Source: Auanema rhodensis (Eukaryota; Animalia; Nematoda). From it: DNA of 64,000 nt. Positions 43,301 through 57,479 of the stretch are shown here, in pieces. Under the pieces are notes generated by a model. The model was not told the DNA's origin, made no database searches, and saw nothing but the letters and a program-made list of their open reading frames with translations. Both the position numbers and the translations under genes were made by a program. The stretch spans positions 2,852,001 through 2,916,000 of the forward strand of contig OZ059898.1 of NCBI GenBank assembly GCA_964057225.1, written 5' to 3'. How positions within the stretch are numbered: position 1 is the first letter of the stretch; every line of letters begins with the position of its first letter.

Positions 43301-44460
43301 CTCAACATACACTAATGCATCATTTTTCAAACGATCATAACTAATTTTTCTATAAAGCGTTTCTCAATGTAGTATAGTGCATTCGATGCGGATTTTTAAG
43401 CTGCGTCGATCTGTGTTATCAGATTTGCGCTAGCTTAAAAATGCACCAAGATATCAACTGATATAAGTTCACACTTATATCCTCGATTTTCACCCTGAAG
43501 AATTAATTTTTTCGTTGAATAACATTGTCCATCGTCTTTGCCTTGAAAAAAGGAATCTAAAAACATCTACTTTTGCTAGATTATTTTGAAATTTTTCGAA
43601 AAAATTTTTGTCAAAATGTTTTTGGAAGCAATGTTGAGTGTACATAGAAACTCAACATACACTAATGCATAATTTTTTAAACGATCATAACTAATTTTTT
43701 TATTAAGCGTTTTTCAATGTAGTATAGTGCATTCGATGCGGATTTTTAAGCTGCGTCGATCTGTGTTATCAGATTTGCGCTAGCTTAAAAATGCACCGAG
43801 ATATCAACTGATATAAGTTCACACTTATATCCTCGATTTTCACCCTGAAGAATTAATTTTTTCGTTGAATAACATTGTCCATCGTCTTTGCCTTGAAAAA
43901 AGGAATCTAAAAACATCTACTTTTTGCTAAATTATATTGAAATTTTTCGAAAAAATTTTTGTCAAAATGTTTTTGGAAGCAATGTTGAGTGTACATGGAA
44001 ACTCAACTTACACTAATGCATCATTTTTCAAACGATCATAACTAATTTTTCTATAAAGCGTTTCTCAATGTAGTATAGTGCATTCGATGCGGATTTTTAA
44101 GCTGCGTCGATCTGTGTTATCAGATTTGCGCTAGCTTAAAAATGCACCAAGATATCAACTGATATAAGTTCACACTTATATCCTCGATTTTCACCCTGAA
44201 GAATTAATTTTTTCGTTGAATAACATTGTCCATCGTCTTTGCCTTGAAAAAAGAAATCTAAAAACAGCTATTTTTTGCTAAATTATATTGAAATTTTTCG
44301 AAAAAATTTTTGTCAAAATGTTTTTGGAAGCAATGTTGAGTGTACATGGAAACTCAACATACACTAATGCATCATTTTTCAAACGATCATAACTAATTTT
44401 TGTATTAAGCGTTTTTCAATGTAGTATAGTGCATTCGATGCGGATTTTTAAGCTGCGTCG
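40350..44460. repeat. 6-monomer (2104-bp) tandem duplication built on a dimer
   Basis: GCAGCGAG 40991/43095, AACTTAC 41904/44008, ACAGCTAT ~42163/44267. Confidence 0.85.
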
Positions 44461-47400
44461 ATCTGTTTTATCAGATTTGCGCTAGCTTAAAAATGCACCG
44501 AGATATCAACTGATATATGTTCACACTTATATCCTCGATTTTCACCCTGAAGAATTAATTTTTTCGTTGAATAACAATGTCCATCGTCTTTGCCTTAAAA
44601 AAAGGAATCTAAAAACATCTACTTTTGCTAGATTATTTTGAAATTTCTCGAAAAAATTTTTGTCAAAATGTTTTTGGAAGCAATGTTGAGTGTACATAGA
44701 AACTCAACATACATTAATGCATAATTTTTCAAACGATGATAACTAATTTTTGTATTAAGCGTTTTTCAATGTAGTATAGTGCATTCGATGCGGATTTTTA
44801 AGCTGCGTCGATCTGTGTTATCAGATTTGCGCTAGCTTAAAAATAAACCGAGATATCAACTGATATAAGTTCACACTTATATCCTCGATTTTCACCCTGA
44901 AGAATTAATTTTTTCGTTGAATAACAATGTCCATCGTCTTTGCCTTGAAAAAAGGAATCTAAAAACACCTACTTTTTGCTAAATTATTTTGAAATTTTTC
45001 GAAAAAATTTTTGTCAAAATGTTTTTGGAAGCAATGTTGAGTGTACATGGAAACTCAACATACACTAATGCATCATTTTTCAAACGATCATAACTAATTT
45101 TTGTATTAAGCGTTTCTCAATGTAGTATAGTGCATTCGATGCGGATTTTTAAGCTGCGTCGATCTGTGTTATCAGATTTGCGCTAGCTTAAAAATGCACC
45201 GAGATATCAACTGATATAAGTTCACACTTATATCCTCGATTTTCACCCTGAAGAATTAATTTTTTCGTTGAATAACATTGTCCATCGTCTTTGCCTTGAA
45301 AAAAGGAATCTAAAAACATCTACTTTTTGCTAAATTATATTGAAATTTTTCGAAAAAATTTTTGTCAAAATGTTTTTGGAAGCAATGTTGAGTGTACATG
45401 GAAACTCAACTTACACTAATGCATCATTTTTCAAACGATCATAACTAATTTTTCTATAAAGCGTTTCTCAATGTAGTATAGTGCATTCGATGCGGATTTT
45501 TAAGCTGCGTCGATCTGTGTTATCAGATTTGCGCTAGCTTAAAAATGCACCAAGATATCAACTGATATAAGTTCACACTTATATCCTCGATTTTCACCCT
45601 GAAGAATTAATTTTTTCGTTGAATAACATTGTCCATCGTCTTTGCCTTGAAAAAAGGAATCTAAAAACATCTACTTTTTGCTAAATTATATTGAAATTTT
45701 TCGAAAAAATTTTTGTCAAAATGTTTTTGGAAGCAATGTTGAGTGTACATGGAAACTCAACATACACTAATGCATCATTTTTCAAACGATCATAACTAAT
45801 TTTTGTATTAAGCGTTTTTCAATGTAGTATAGTGCATTCGATGCGGATTTTTAAGCTGCGTCGATCTGTTTTATCAGATTTGCGCTAGCTTAAAAATGCA
45901 CCGAGATATCAACTGATATAAGTTCACACTTATATCCTCGATTTTCACCCTGAAGAATTAATTTTTTCGTTGAATAACAATGTCCATCGTCTTTGCCTTA
46001 AAAAAAGGAATCTAAAAACATCTACTTTTGCTAGATTATTTTGAAATTTCTCGAAAAAATTTTTGTCAAAATGTTTTTGGAAGCAATGTTGAGTGTACAT
46101 AGAAACTCAACATACATTAATGCATAATTTTTCAAACGATCATAACTAATTTTTGTATTAAGCGTTTTTCAATGTAGTATAGTGCATTCGATGCGGATTT
46201 TTAAGCTGCGTCGATCTGTGTTATCAGATTTGCGCTAGCTTAAAAATAAACCGAGATATCAACTGATATAAGTTCACACTTATATCCTCGATTTTCACCC
46301 TGAAGAATTAATTTTTTCGTTGAATAACAATGTCCATCGTCTTTGCCTTGAAAAAAGGAATCTAAAAACATCTACTTTTTGCTAAATTATTTTGAAATTT
46401 TTCGAAAAAATTTTTGTCAAAATGTTTTTGGAAGCAATGTTGAGTGTACATGGAAACTCAACATACACTAATGCATCATTTTTCAAACGATCATAACTAA
46501 TTTTTGTATTAAGCGTTTCTCAATGTAGTATAGTGCATTCGATGCGGATTTTTAAGCTGCGTCGATCTGTGTTATCAGATTTGCGCTAGCTTAAAAATGC
46601 ACCGAGATATCAACTGATATAAGTTCACACTTATATCCTCGATTTTCACCCTGAAGAATTAATTTTTTCGTTGAATAACATTGTCCATCGTCTTTGCCTT
46701 GAAAAAAGAAATCTAAAAACATCTACTTTTTGCTAAATTATTTTGAAATTTTTCGAAAAAATTTTTGTCAAAATGTTTTTGGAAGCAATGTTGAGTGTAC
46801 ATGGAAACTCAACATACACTAATGCATCATTTTTCAAACGATCATAACTAATTTTTCTATAAAGCGTTTCTCAATGTAGTATAGTGCATTCGATGCGGAT
46901 TTTTAAGCTGCGTCGATCTGTGTTATCAGATTTGCGCTAGCTTAAAAATAAACCGAGATATCAACTGATATAAGTTCACACTTATATCCTCGATTTTCAC
47001 CCTGAAGAATTAATTTTTTCGTTGAATAACAATGTCCATCGTCTTTGCCTTGAAAAAAGGAATCTAAAAACATCTACTTTTTGCTAAATTATTTTGAAAT
47101 TTTTCGAAAAAATTTTTGTCAAAATGTTTTTGGAAGCAATGTTGAGTGTACATGGAAACTCAACATACACTAATGCATCATTTTTCAAACGATCATAACT
47201 AATTTTTGTATTAAGCGTTTCTCAATGTAGTATAGTGCATTCGATGCGGATTTTTAAGCTGCGTCGATCTGTGTTATCAGATTTGCGCTAGCTTAAAAAT
47301 GCACCGAGATATCAACTGATATAAGTTCACACTTATATCCTCGATTTTCACCCTGAAGAATTAATTTTTTCGTTGAATAACATTGTCCATCGTCTTTGCC

Positions 47401-47572
47401 TTGAAAAAAGAAATCTAAAAACATCTACTTTTTGCTAAATTATATTGAAATTTTTCCAAAAAATTTTTGTCAAAATGTTTTTGGAAGCAATGTTGAGTGT
47501 ACATGGAAACTCAACATACACTAATGCATAATTTTTCAAACGATCATAACTAATTTTTGTATTAAGCGTTTC

Positions 47573-50500
47573 TCAATGTAGTATAGTGCATTCGATGCGG
47601 ATTTTTAAGCTGCGTCGATCTGTGTTATCAGATTTGCGCTAGCTTAAAAATGCACCAAGATATCAACTGATATAAGTTCACACTTATATCCTCGATTTTC
47701 ACCCTGAAGAATTAATTTTTTCGTTGAATAACATTGTCCATCGTCTTTGCCTTGAAAAAAGAAATCTAAAAACATCTACTTTTTGCTAAATTATATTGAA
47801 ATTTTTCGAAAAAATTTTTGTCAAAATGTTTTTGGAAGCAATGTTGAGTGTACATGGAAACTCAACATACACTAATGCATCATTTTTCAAACGATCATAA
47901 CTAATTTTTCTATAAAGCGTTTCTCAATGTAGTATAGTGCATTCTATGCGGATTTTTAAGCTGCGTCGATCTGTGTTATCAGATTTGCGCTAGCTTAAAA
48001 ATGGACCAAGATATCAACTGATATAAGTTCACACTTATATCCTCGATTTTCACCCTGAAGAATTAATTTTTTCGTTGAATAACATTGTCCATCGTCTTTG
48101 CCTTGAAAAAAGAAATCTAAAAACATCTATTTTTTGCTAAATTATATTGAAATTTTTCGAAAAAATTTTTGTCAAAATGTTTTTGGAAGCAATGTTGAGT
48201 GTACATGGAAACTCAACATACACTAATGCATCATTTTTCAAACGATCATAACTAATTTTTCTATAAAGCGTTTCTCAATGTAGTATAGTGCATTCTATGC
48301 GGATTTTTAAGCTGCGTCGATCTGTGTTATCAGATTTGCGCTAGCTTAAAAATGCACCAAGATATCAACTGATATAAGTTCACACTTATATCCTCGATTT
48401 TCACCCTGAAGAATTAATTTTTTCGTTGAATAACAATGTCCATCGTCTTTGCCTTGAGGAAAGGAATCTAAAAACATCTACTTTTTGCTAAATTATTTTG
48501 AAATTTTTCGAAAAAATTTTTGTTAAAATGTTTTTGGAAGCAATGTTGAGTGTACATGGAAACTCAACATACACTAATGCATCATTTTTCAAACGATCAT
48601 AACTAATTTTTGTATTAAGCGTTTCTCAATGTAGTATAGTGCATTCGATGCGGATTTTTAAGCTGCGTCGATCTGTGTTATCAGATTTGCGCTAGCTTAA
48701 AAATGCACCGAGATATCAACTGATATAAGTTCACACTTATATCCTCGATTTTCACCCTGAAGAATTAATTTTTTCGTTGAATAACATTGTCCATCGTCTT
48801 TGCCTTGAAAAAAGAAATCTAAAAACATCTACTTTTTGCTAAATTATATTGAAATTTTTCGAAAAAATTTTTGTCAAAATGTTTTTGGAAGCAATGTTGA
48901 GTGTATATGGAAACTCAACATACACTAATGCATAATTTTTCAAACGATCATAACTAATTTTTGTATTAAGCGTTTCTCAATGTAGTATAGTGCATTCGAT
49001 GCGGATTTTTAAGCTGCGTCGATCTGTGTTATCAGATTTGCGCTAGCTTAAAAATGCACCAAGATATCAACTGATATAAGTTCACACTTATATCCTCGAT
49101 TTTCACCCTGAAGAATTAATTTTTTCGTTGAATAACATTGTCCATCGTCTTTGCCTTGAAAAAAGAAATCTAAAAACATCTACTTTTTGCTAAATTATAT
49201 TGAAATTTTTCGAAAAAATTTTTGTCAAAATGTTTTTGGAAGCAATGTTGAGTGTACATGGAAACTCAACATACACTAATGCATCATTTTTCAAACGATC
49301 ATAACTAATTTTTCTATAAAGCGTTTCTCAATGTAGTATAGTGCATTCTATGCGGATTTTTAAGCTGCGTCGATCTGTGTTATCAGATTTGCGCTAGCTT
49401 AAAAATGCACCAAGATATCAACTGATATAAGTTCACACTTATATCCTCGATTTTCACCCTGAAGAATTAATTTTTTCGTTGAATAACATTGTCCATCGTC
49501 TTTGCCTTGAAAAAAGAAATCTAAAAACATCTATTTTTTGCTAAATTATATTGAAATTTTTCGAAAAAATTTTTGTCAAAATGTTTTTGGAAGCAATGTT
49601 GAGTGTACATGGAAACTCAACATACACTAATGCATCATTTTTCAAACGATCATAACTAATTTTTGTATTAAGCGTTTTTCAATGTAGTATAGTGCATTCG
49701 ATGCGGATTTTTAAGCTGCGTCGATCTGTTTTATCAGATTTGCGCTAGCTTAAAAATGCACCGAGATATCAACTGATATAAGTTCACACTTATATCCTCG
49801 ATTTTCACCCTGAAGAATTAATTTTTTCGTTGAATAACAATGTCCATCGTCTTTGCCTTAAAAAAAGGAATCTAAAAACATCTACTTTTGCTAGATTATT
49901 TTGAAATTTCTCGAAAAAATTTTTGTCAAAATGTTTTTGGAAGCAATGTTGAGTGTACATAGAAACTCAACATACACTAATGCATAATTTTTCAAACGAT
50001 CATAACTAATTTTTGTATTAAGCGTTTTTCAATGTAGTATAGTGCATTCGATGCGGATTTTTAAGCTGCGTCGATCTGTGTTATCAGATTTGCGCTAGCT
50101 TAAAAATAAACCGAGATATCAACTGATATAAGTTCACACTTATATCCTCGATTTTCACCCTGAAGAATTAATTTTTTCGTTGAATAACAATGTCCATCGT
50201 CTTTGCCTTGAAAAAAGGAATCTAAAAACATCTACTTTTTGCTAAATTATTTTGAAATTTTTCGAAAAAATTTTTGTCAAAATGTTTTTGGAAGCAATGT
50301 TGAGTGTACATGGAAACTCAACATACACTAATGCATCATTTTTCAAACGATCATAACTAATTTTTGTATTAAGCGTTTCTCAATGTAGTAAAGTGCATTC
50401 GATGCGGATTTTTAAGCTGCGTCGATCTGTGTTATCAGATTTGCGCTAGCTTAAAAATGCACCGAGATATCAACTGATATAAGTTCACACTTATATCCTC

Positions 50501-53500
50501 GATTTTCACCCTGAAGAATTAATTTTTTCGTTGAATAACATTGTCCATCGTCTTTGCCTTGAAAAAAGAAATCTAAAAACATCTACTTTTTGCTAAATTA
50601 TATTGAAATTTTTCGAAAAAATTTTTGTCAAAATGTTTTTGGAAGCAATGTTGAGTGTACATGGAAACTCAACATACACTAATGCATAATTTTTCAAACG
50701 ATCATAACTAATTTTTGTATTAAGCGTTTCTCAATGTAGTATAGTGCATTCTATGCGGATTTTTAAGCTGCGTCGATCTGTGTTATCAGATTTGCGCTAG
50801 CTTAAAAATGCACCGAGATATCAACTGATATAAGTTCACACTTATATCCTAGATTTTCACCCTGAAGAATTAATTTTTTCGTTGAATAACATTGTCCATC
50901 GTCTTTGCCTTGAAAAAAGGAATCTAAAAACATCTACTTTTTGCTAAATTATATTGAAATTTTTCGAAAAAATTTTTGTCAAAATGTTTTTGGAAGCAAT
51001 GTTGAGTGTACATGGAAACTCAACATACACTAATGCATCATTTTTCAAACGATCATAACTAATTTTTCTATAAAGCGTTTTTCAATGTAGTATAGTGCAT
51101 TCGATGCGGATTTTTAAGCTGCGTCGATCTGTGTTATCAGATTTGCGCTAGCTTAAAAATGCACCAAGATATCAACTGATATAAGTTCACACTTATATCC
51201 TCGATTTTCACCCTGAAGAATTAATTTTTTCGTTGAATAACATTGTCCATCGTCTTTGCCTTGAAAAAAGAAATCTAAAAACATCTATTTTTTGCTAAAT
51301 TATATTGAAATTTTTCGAAAAAATTTTTGTCAAAATGTTTTTGGAAGCAATGTTGAGTGTACATGGAAACTCAACATACACTAATGCATCATTTTTCAAA
51401 CGATCATAACTAATTTTTGTATTAAGCGTTTTTCAATGTAGTATAGTGCATTCGATGCGGATTTTTAAGCTGCGTCGATCTGTTTTATCAGATTTGCGCT
51501 AGCTTAAAAATGCACCAAGATATCAACTGATATAAGTTCACACTTATATCCTCGATTTTCACCCTGAAGAATTAATTTTTTCGTTGAATAACAATGTCCA
51601 TCGTCTTTGCCTTGAAAAAAGGAATCTAAAAACATCTACTTTTTGCTAAATTATATTGAAATTTTCCGAAAAAATTTTTGTCAAAATGTTTTTGGAAGCA
51701 ATGTTGAGTGTACATGGAAACTCAACATACACTAATGCATCATTTTTCAAACGATCATAACTAATTTTTCTATAAAGCGTTTTTCAATGTAGTATAGTGC
51801 ATTCGATGCGGATTTTTAAGCTGCGTCGATCTGTGTTATCAGATTTGCGCTAGCTTAAAAATGCACCAAGATATCAACTGATATAAGTTCACACTTATAT
51901 CCTCGATTTTCACCCTGAAGAATTAATTTTTTCGTTGAATAACATTGTCCATCGTCTTTGCCTTGAAAAAAGAAATCTAAAAACATCTACTTTTTGCTAA
52001 ATTATATTGAAATTTTTCGAAAAAATTTTTGTCAAAATGTTTTTGGAAGCAATGTTGAGTGTACATGGAAACTCAACATACACTAATGCATCATTTTTCA
52101 AACGATCATAACTAATTTTTCTATAAAGCGTTTCTCAATGTAGTATAGTGCATTCTATGCGGATTTTTAAGCTGCGTCGATCTGTGTTATCAGATTTGCG
52201 CTAGCTTAAAAATGGACCAAGATATCAACTGATATAAGTTCACACTTATATCCTCGATTTTCACCCTGAAGAATTAATTTTTTCGTTGAATAACATTGTC
52301 CATCGTCTTTGCCTTGAAAAAAGAAATCTAAAAACATCTATTTTTTGCTAAATTATATTGAAATTTTTCGAAAAAATTTTTGTCAAAATGTTTTTGGAAG
52401 CAATGTTGAGTGTACATGGAAACTCAACATACACTAATGCATCATTTTTCAAACGATCATAACTAATTTTTCTATAAAGCGTTTCTCAATGTAGTATAGT
52501 GCATTCTATGCGGATTTTTAAGCTGCGTCGATCTGTGTTATCAGATTTGCGCTAGCTTAAAAATGCACCAAGATATCAACTGATATAAGTTCACACTTAT
52601 ATCCTCGATTTTCACCCTGAAGAATTAATTTTTTCGTTGAATAACAATGTCCATCGTCTTTGCCTTGAGGAAAGGAATCTAAAAACATCTACTTTTTGCT
52701 AAATTATTTTGAAATTTTTCGAAAAAATTTTTGTTAAAATGTTTTTGGAAGCAATGTTGAGTGTACATGGAAACTCAACATACACTAATGCATCATTTTT
52801 CAAACGATCATAACTAATTTTTGTATTAAGCGTTTCTCAATGTAGTATAGTGCATTCGATGCGGATTTTTAAGCTGCGTCGATCTGTGTTATCAGATTTG
52901 CGCTAGCTTAAAAATGCACCGAGATATCAACTGATATAAGTTCACACTTATATCCTCGATTTTCACCCTGAAGAATTAATTTTTTCGTTGAATAACATTG
53001 TCCATCGTCTTTGCCTTGAAAAAAGAAATCTAAAAACATCTACTTTTTGCTAAATTATATTGAAATTTTTCGAAAAAATTTTTGTCAAAATGTTTTTGGA
53101 AGCAATGTTGAGTGTATATGGAAACTCAACATACACTAATGCATAATTTTTCAAACGATCATAACTAATTTTTGTATTAAGCGTTTCTCAATGTAGTATA
53201 GTGCATTCGATGCGGATTTTTAAGCTGCGTCGATCTGTGTTATCAGATTTGCGCTAGCTTAAAAATGCACCAAGATATCAACTGATATAAGTTCACACTT
53301 ATATCCTCGATTTTCACCCTGAAGAATTAATTTTTTCGTTGAATAACATTGTCCATCGTCTTTGCCTTGAAAAAAGAAATCTAAAAACATCTACTTTTTG
53401 CTAAATTATATTGAAATTTTTCGAAAAAATTTTTGTCAAAATGTTTTTGGAAGCAATGTTGAGTGTACATGGAAACTCAACATACACTAATGCATCATTT

Positions 53501-56200
53501 TTCAAACGATCATAACTAATTTTTCTATAAAGCGTTTCTCAATGTAGTATAGTGCATTCTATGCGGATTTTTAAGCTGCGTCGATCTGTGTTATCAGATT
53601 TGCGCTAGCTTAAAAATGCACCAAGATATCAACTGATATAAGTTCACACTTATATCCTCGATTTTCACCCTGAAGAATTAATTTTTTCGTTGAATAACAT
53701 TGTCCATCGTCTTTGCCTTGAAAAAAGAAATCTAAAAACATCTATTTTTTGCTAAATTATATTGAAATTTTTCGAAAAAATTTTTGTCAAAATGTTTTTG
53801 GAAGCAATGTTGAGTGTACATGGAAACTCAACATACACTAATGCATCATTTTTCAAACGATCATAACTAATTTTTGTATTAAGCGTTTTTCAATGTAGTA
53901 TAGTGCATTCGATGCGGATTTTTAAGCTGCGTCGATCTGTTTTATCAGATTTGCGCTAGCTTAAAAATGCACCGAGATATCAACTGATATAAGTTCACAC
54001 TTATATCCTCGATTTTCACCCTGAAGAATTAATTTTTTCGTTGAATAACAATGTCCATCGTCTTTGCCTTAAAAAAAGGAATCTAAAAACATCTACTTTT
54101 GCTAGATTATTTTGAAATTTCTCGAAAAAATTTTTGTCAAAATGTTTTTGGAAGCAATGTTGAGTGTACATAGAAACTCAACATACACTAATGCATAATT
54201 TTTCAAACGATCATAACTAATTTTTGTATTAAGCGTTTTTCAATGTAGTATAGTGCATTCGATGCGGATTTTTAAGCTGCGTCGATCTGTGTTATCAGAT
54301 TTGCGCTAGCTTAAAAATAAACCGAGATATCAACTGATATAAGTTCACACTTATATCCTCGATTTTCACCCTGAAGAATTAATTTTTTCGTTGAATAACA
54401 ATGTCCATCGTCTTTGCCTTGAAAAAAGGAATCTAAAAACATCTACTTTTTGCTAAATTATTTTGAAATTTTTCGAAAAAATTTTTGTCAAAATGTTTTT
54501 GGAAGCAATGTTGAGTGTACATGGAAACTCAACATACACTAATGCATCATTTTTCAAACGATCATAACTAATTTTTGTATTAAGCGTTTCTCAATGTAGT
54601 AAAGTGCATTCGATGCGGATTTTTAAGCTGCGTCGATCTGTGTTATCAGATTTGCGCTAGCTTAAAAATGCACCGAGATATCAACTGATATAAGTTCACA
54701 CTTATATCCTCGATTTTCACCCTGAAGAATTAATTTTTTCGTTGAATAACATTGTCCATCGTCTTTGCCTTGAAAAAAGAAATCTAAAAACATCTACTTT
54801 TTGCTAAATTATATTGAAATTTTTCGAAAAAATTTTTGTCAAAATGTTTTTGGAAGCAATGTTGAGTGTACATGGAAACTCAACATACACTAATGCATAA
54901 TTTTTCAAACGATCATAACTAATTTTTGTATTAAGCGTTTCTCAATGTAGTATAGTGCATTCTATGCGGATTTTTAAGCTGCGTCGATCTGTGTTATCAG
55001 ATTTGCGCTAGCTTAAAAATGCACCGAGATATCAACTGATATAAGTTCACACTTATATCCTAGATTTTCACCCTGAAGAATTAATTTTTTCGTTGAATAA
55101 CATTGTCCATCGTCTTTGCCTTGAAAAAAGGAATCTAAAAACATCTACTTTTTGCTAAATTATATTGAAATTTTTCGAAAAAATTTTTGTCAAAATGTTT
55201 TTGGAAGCAATGTTGAGTGTACATGGAAACTCAACATACACTAATGCATCATTTTTCAAACGATCATAACTAATTTTTCTATAAAGCGTTTTTCAATGTA
55301 GTATAGTGCATTCGATGCGGATTTTTAAGCTGCGTCGATCTGTGTTATCAGATTTGCGCTAGCTTAAAAATGCACCAAGATATCAACTGATATAAGTTCA
55401 CACTTATATCCTCGATTTTCACCCTGAAGAATTAATTTTTTCGTTGAATAACATTGTCCATCGTCTTTGCCTTGAAAAAAGAAATCTAAAAACATCTATT
55501 TTTTGCTAAATTATATTGAAATTTTTCGAAAAAATTTTTGTCAAAATGTTTTTGGAAGCAATGTTGAGTGTACATGGAAACTCAACATACACTAATGCAT
55601 CATTTTTCAAACGATCATAACTAATTTTTGTATTAAGCGTTTTTCAATGTAGTATAGTGCATTCGATGCGGATTTTTAAGCTGCGTCGATCTGTTTTATC
55701 AGATTTGCGCTAGCTTAAAAATGCACCAAGATATCAACTGATATAAGTTCACACTTATATCCTCGATTTTCACCCTGAAGAATTAATTTTTTCGTTGAAT
55801 AACAATGTCCATCGTCTTTGCCTTGAAAAAAGGAATCTAAAAACATCTACTTTTTGCTAAATTATATTGAAATTTTCCGAAAAAATTTTTGTCAAAATGT
55901 TTTTGGAAGCAATGTTGAGTGTACATGGAAACTCAACATACACTAATGCATCATTTTTCAAACGATCATAACTAATTTTTCTATAAAGCGTTTTTCAATG
56001 TAGTATAGTGCATTCGATGCGGATTTTTAAGCTGCGTCGATCTGTGTTATCAGATTTGCGCTAGCTTAAAAATGCACCAAGATATCAACTGATATAAGTT
56101 CACACTTATATCCTCGATTTTCACCCTGAAGAATTAATTTTTTCGTTGAATAACATTGTCCATCGTCTTTGCCTTGAAAAAAGAAATCTAAAAACATCTA
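47573..56200. repeat. 12-monomer (4211-bp) tandem duplication, apparently identical copies
   Basis: Marker pairs at offset 4211: ATGGACC 48004/52215, GAGGAAAGG 48458/52669, GTATATGG 48906/53117, GTAAAGTG 50391/54602, CCTAGA 50851/55062, TTTTCCG 51666/55877. Confidence 0.92.
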
Positions 56201-57479
56201 TTTTTTGCTAAATTATATTGAAATTTTTCGAAAAAATTTTTGTCAAAATGTTTTTGGAAGCAATGTTGAGTGTACATGGAAACTCAACATACACTAATGC
56301 ATCATTTTTCAAACGATCATAACTAATTTTTGTATTAAGCGTTTTTCAATGTAGTATAGTGCATTCGATGCGGATTTTTAAGCTGCGTCGATCTGTTTTA
56401 TCAGATTTGCGCTAGCTTAAAAATGCACCAAGATATCAACTGATATAAGTTCACACTTATATCCTCGATTTTCACCCTGAAGAATTAATTTTTTCGTTGA
56501 ATAACATTGTCCATCGTCTTTGCCTTGAAAAAAGAAATCTAAAAACATCTATTTTTTGCTAAATTATATTGAAATTTTTCGAAAAAATTTTTGTCAAAAT
56601 GTTTTTGGAAGCAATGTTGAGTGTACATGGAAACTCAACATACACTAATGCATCATTTTTCAAACGATCATAACTAATTTTTGTATTAAGCGTTTTTCAA
56701 TGTAGTATAGTGCATTCGATGCGGATTTTTGAGCTGCGTCGATCTGTTTTATCAGATTTGCGCTAGCTTAAAAATGCACCGAGATATCAACTGATATAAG
56801 TTCACACTTATATCCTCGATTTTCACCCTGAAGAATTAATTTTTTCGTTGAATAACAATGTCCATCGTCTTTGCCTTAAAAAAAGGAATCTAAAAACATC
56901 TACTTTTGCTAAATTATATTGAAATTTTTCGAAAAAATTTTTGTCAAAATGTTTTTGGAAGCAATGTTGAGTGTACATGGAAACTCAACATACACTAATG
57001 CATCATTTTTCAAACGATCATAACTAATTTTTCTATAAAGCGTTTCTCAATGTAGTATAGTGCATTCTATGCGGATTTTTAAGCTGCGTCGATCTGTGTT
57101 ATCAGATTTGCGCTAGCTTAAAAATGCACCAAGATATCAACTGATATAAGTTCACACTTATATCCTCGATTTTCACCCTGAAGAATTAATTTTTTCGTTG
57201 AATAACATTGTCCATCGTCTTTGCCTTGAAAAAAGAAATCTAAAAACATCTATTTTTTGCTAAATTATATTGAAATTTTTCGAAAAAATTTTTGTCAAAA
57301 TGTTTTTGGAAGCAATGTTGAGTGTACATGGAAACTCAACATACACTAATGCATCATTTTTCAAACGATCATAACTAATTTTTCTATAAAGCGTTTCTCA
57401 ATGTAGTATAGTGCATTCTATGCGGATTTTTAAGCTGCGTCGATCTGTGTTATCAGATTTGCGCTAGCTTAAAAATGCA

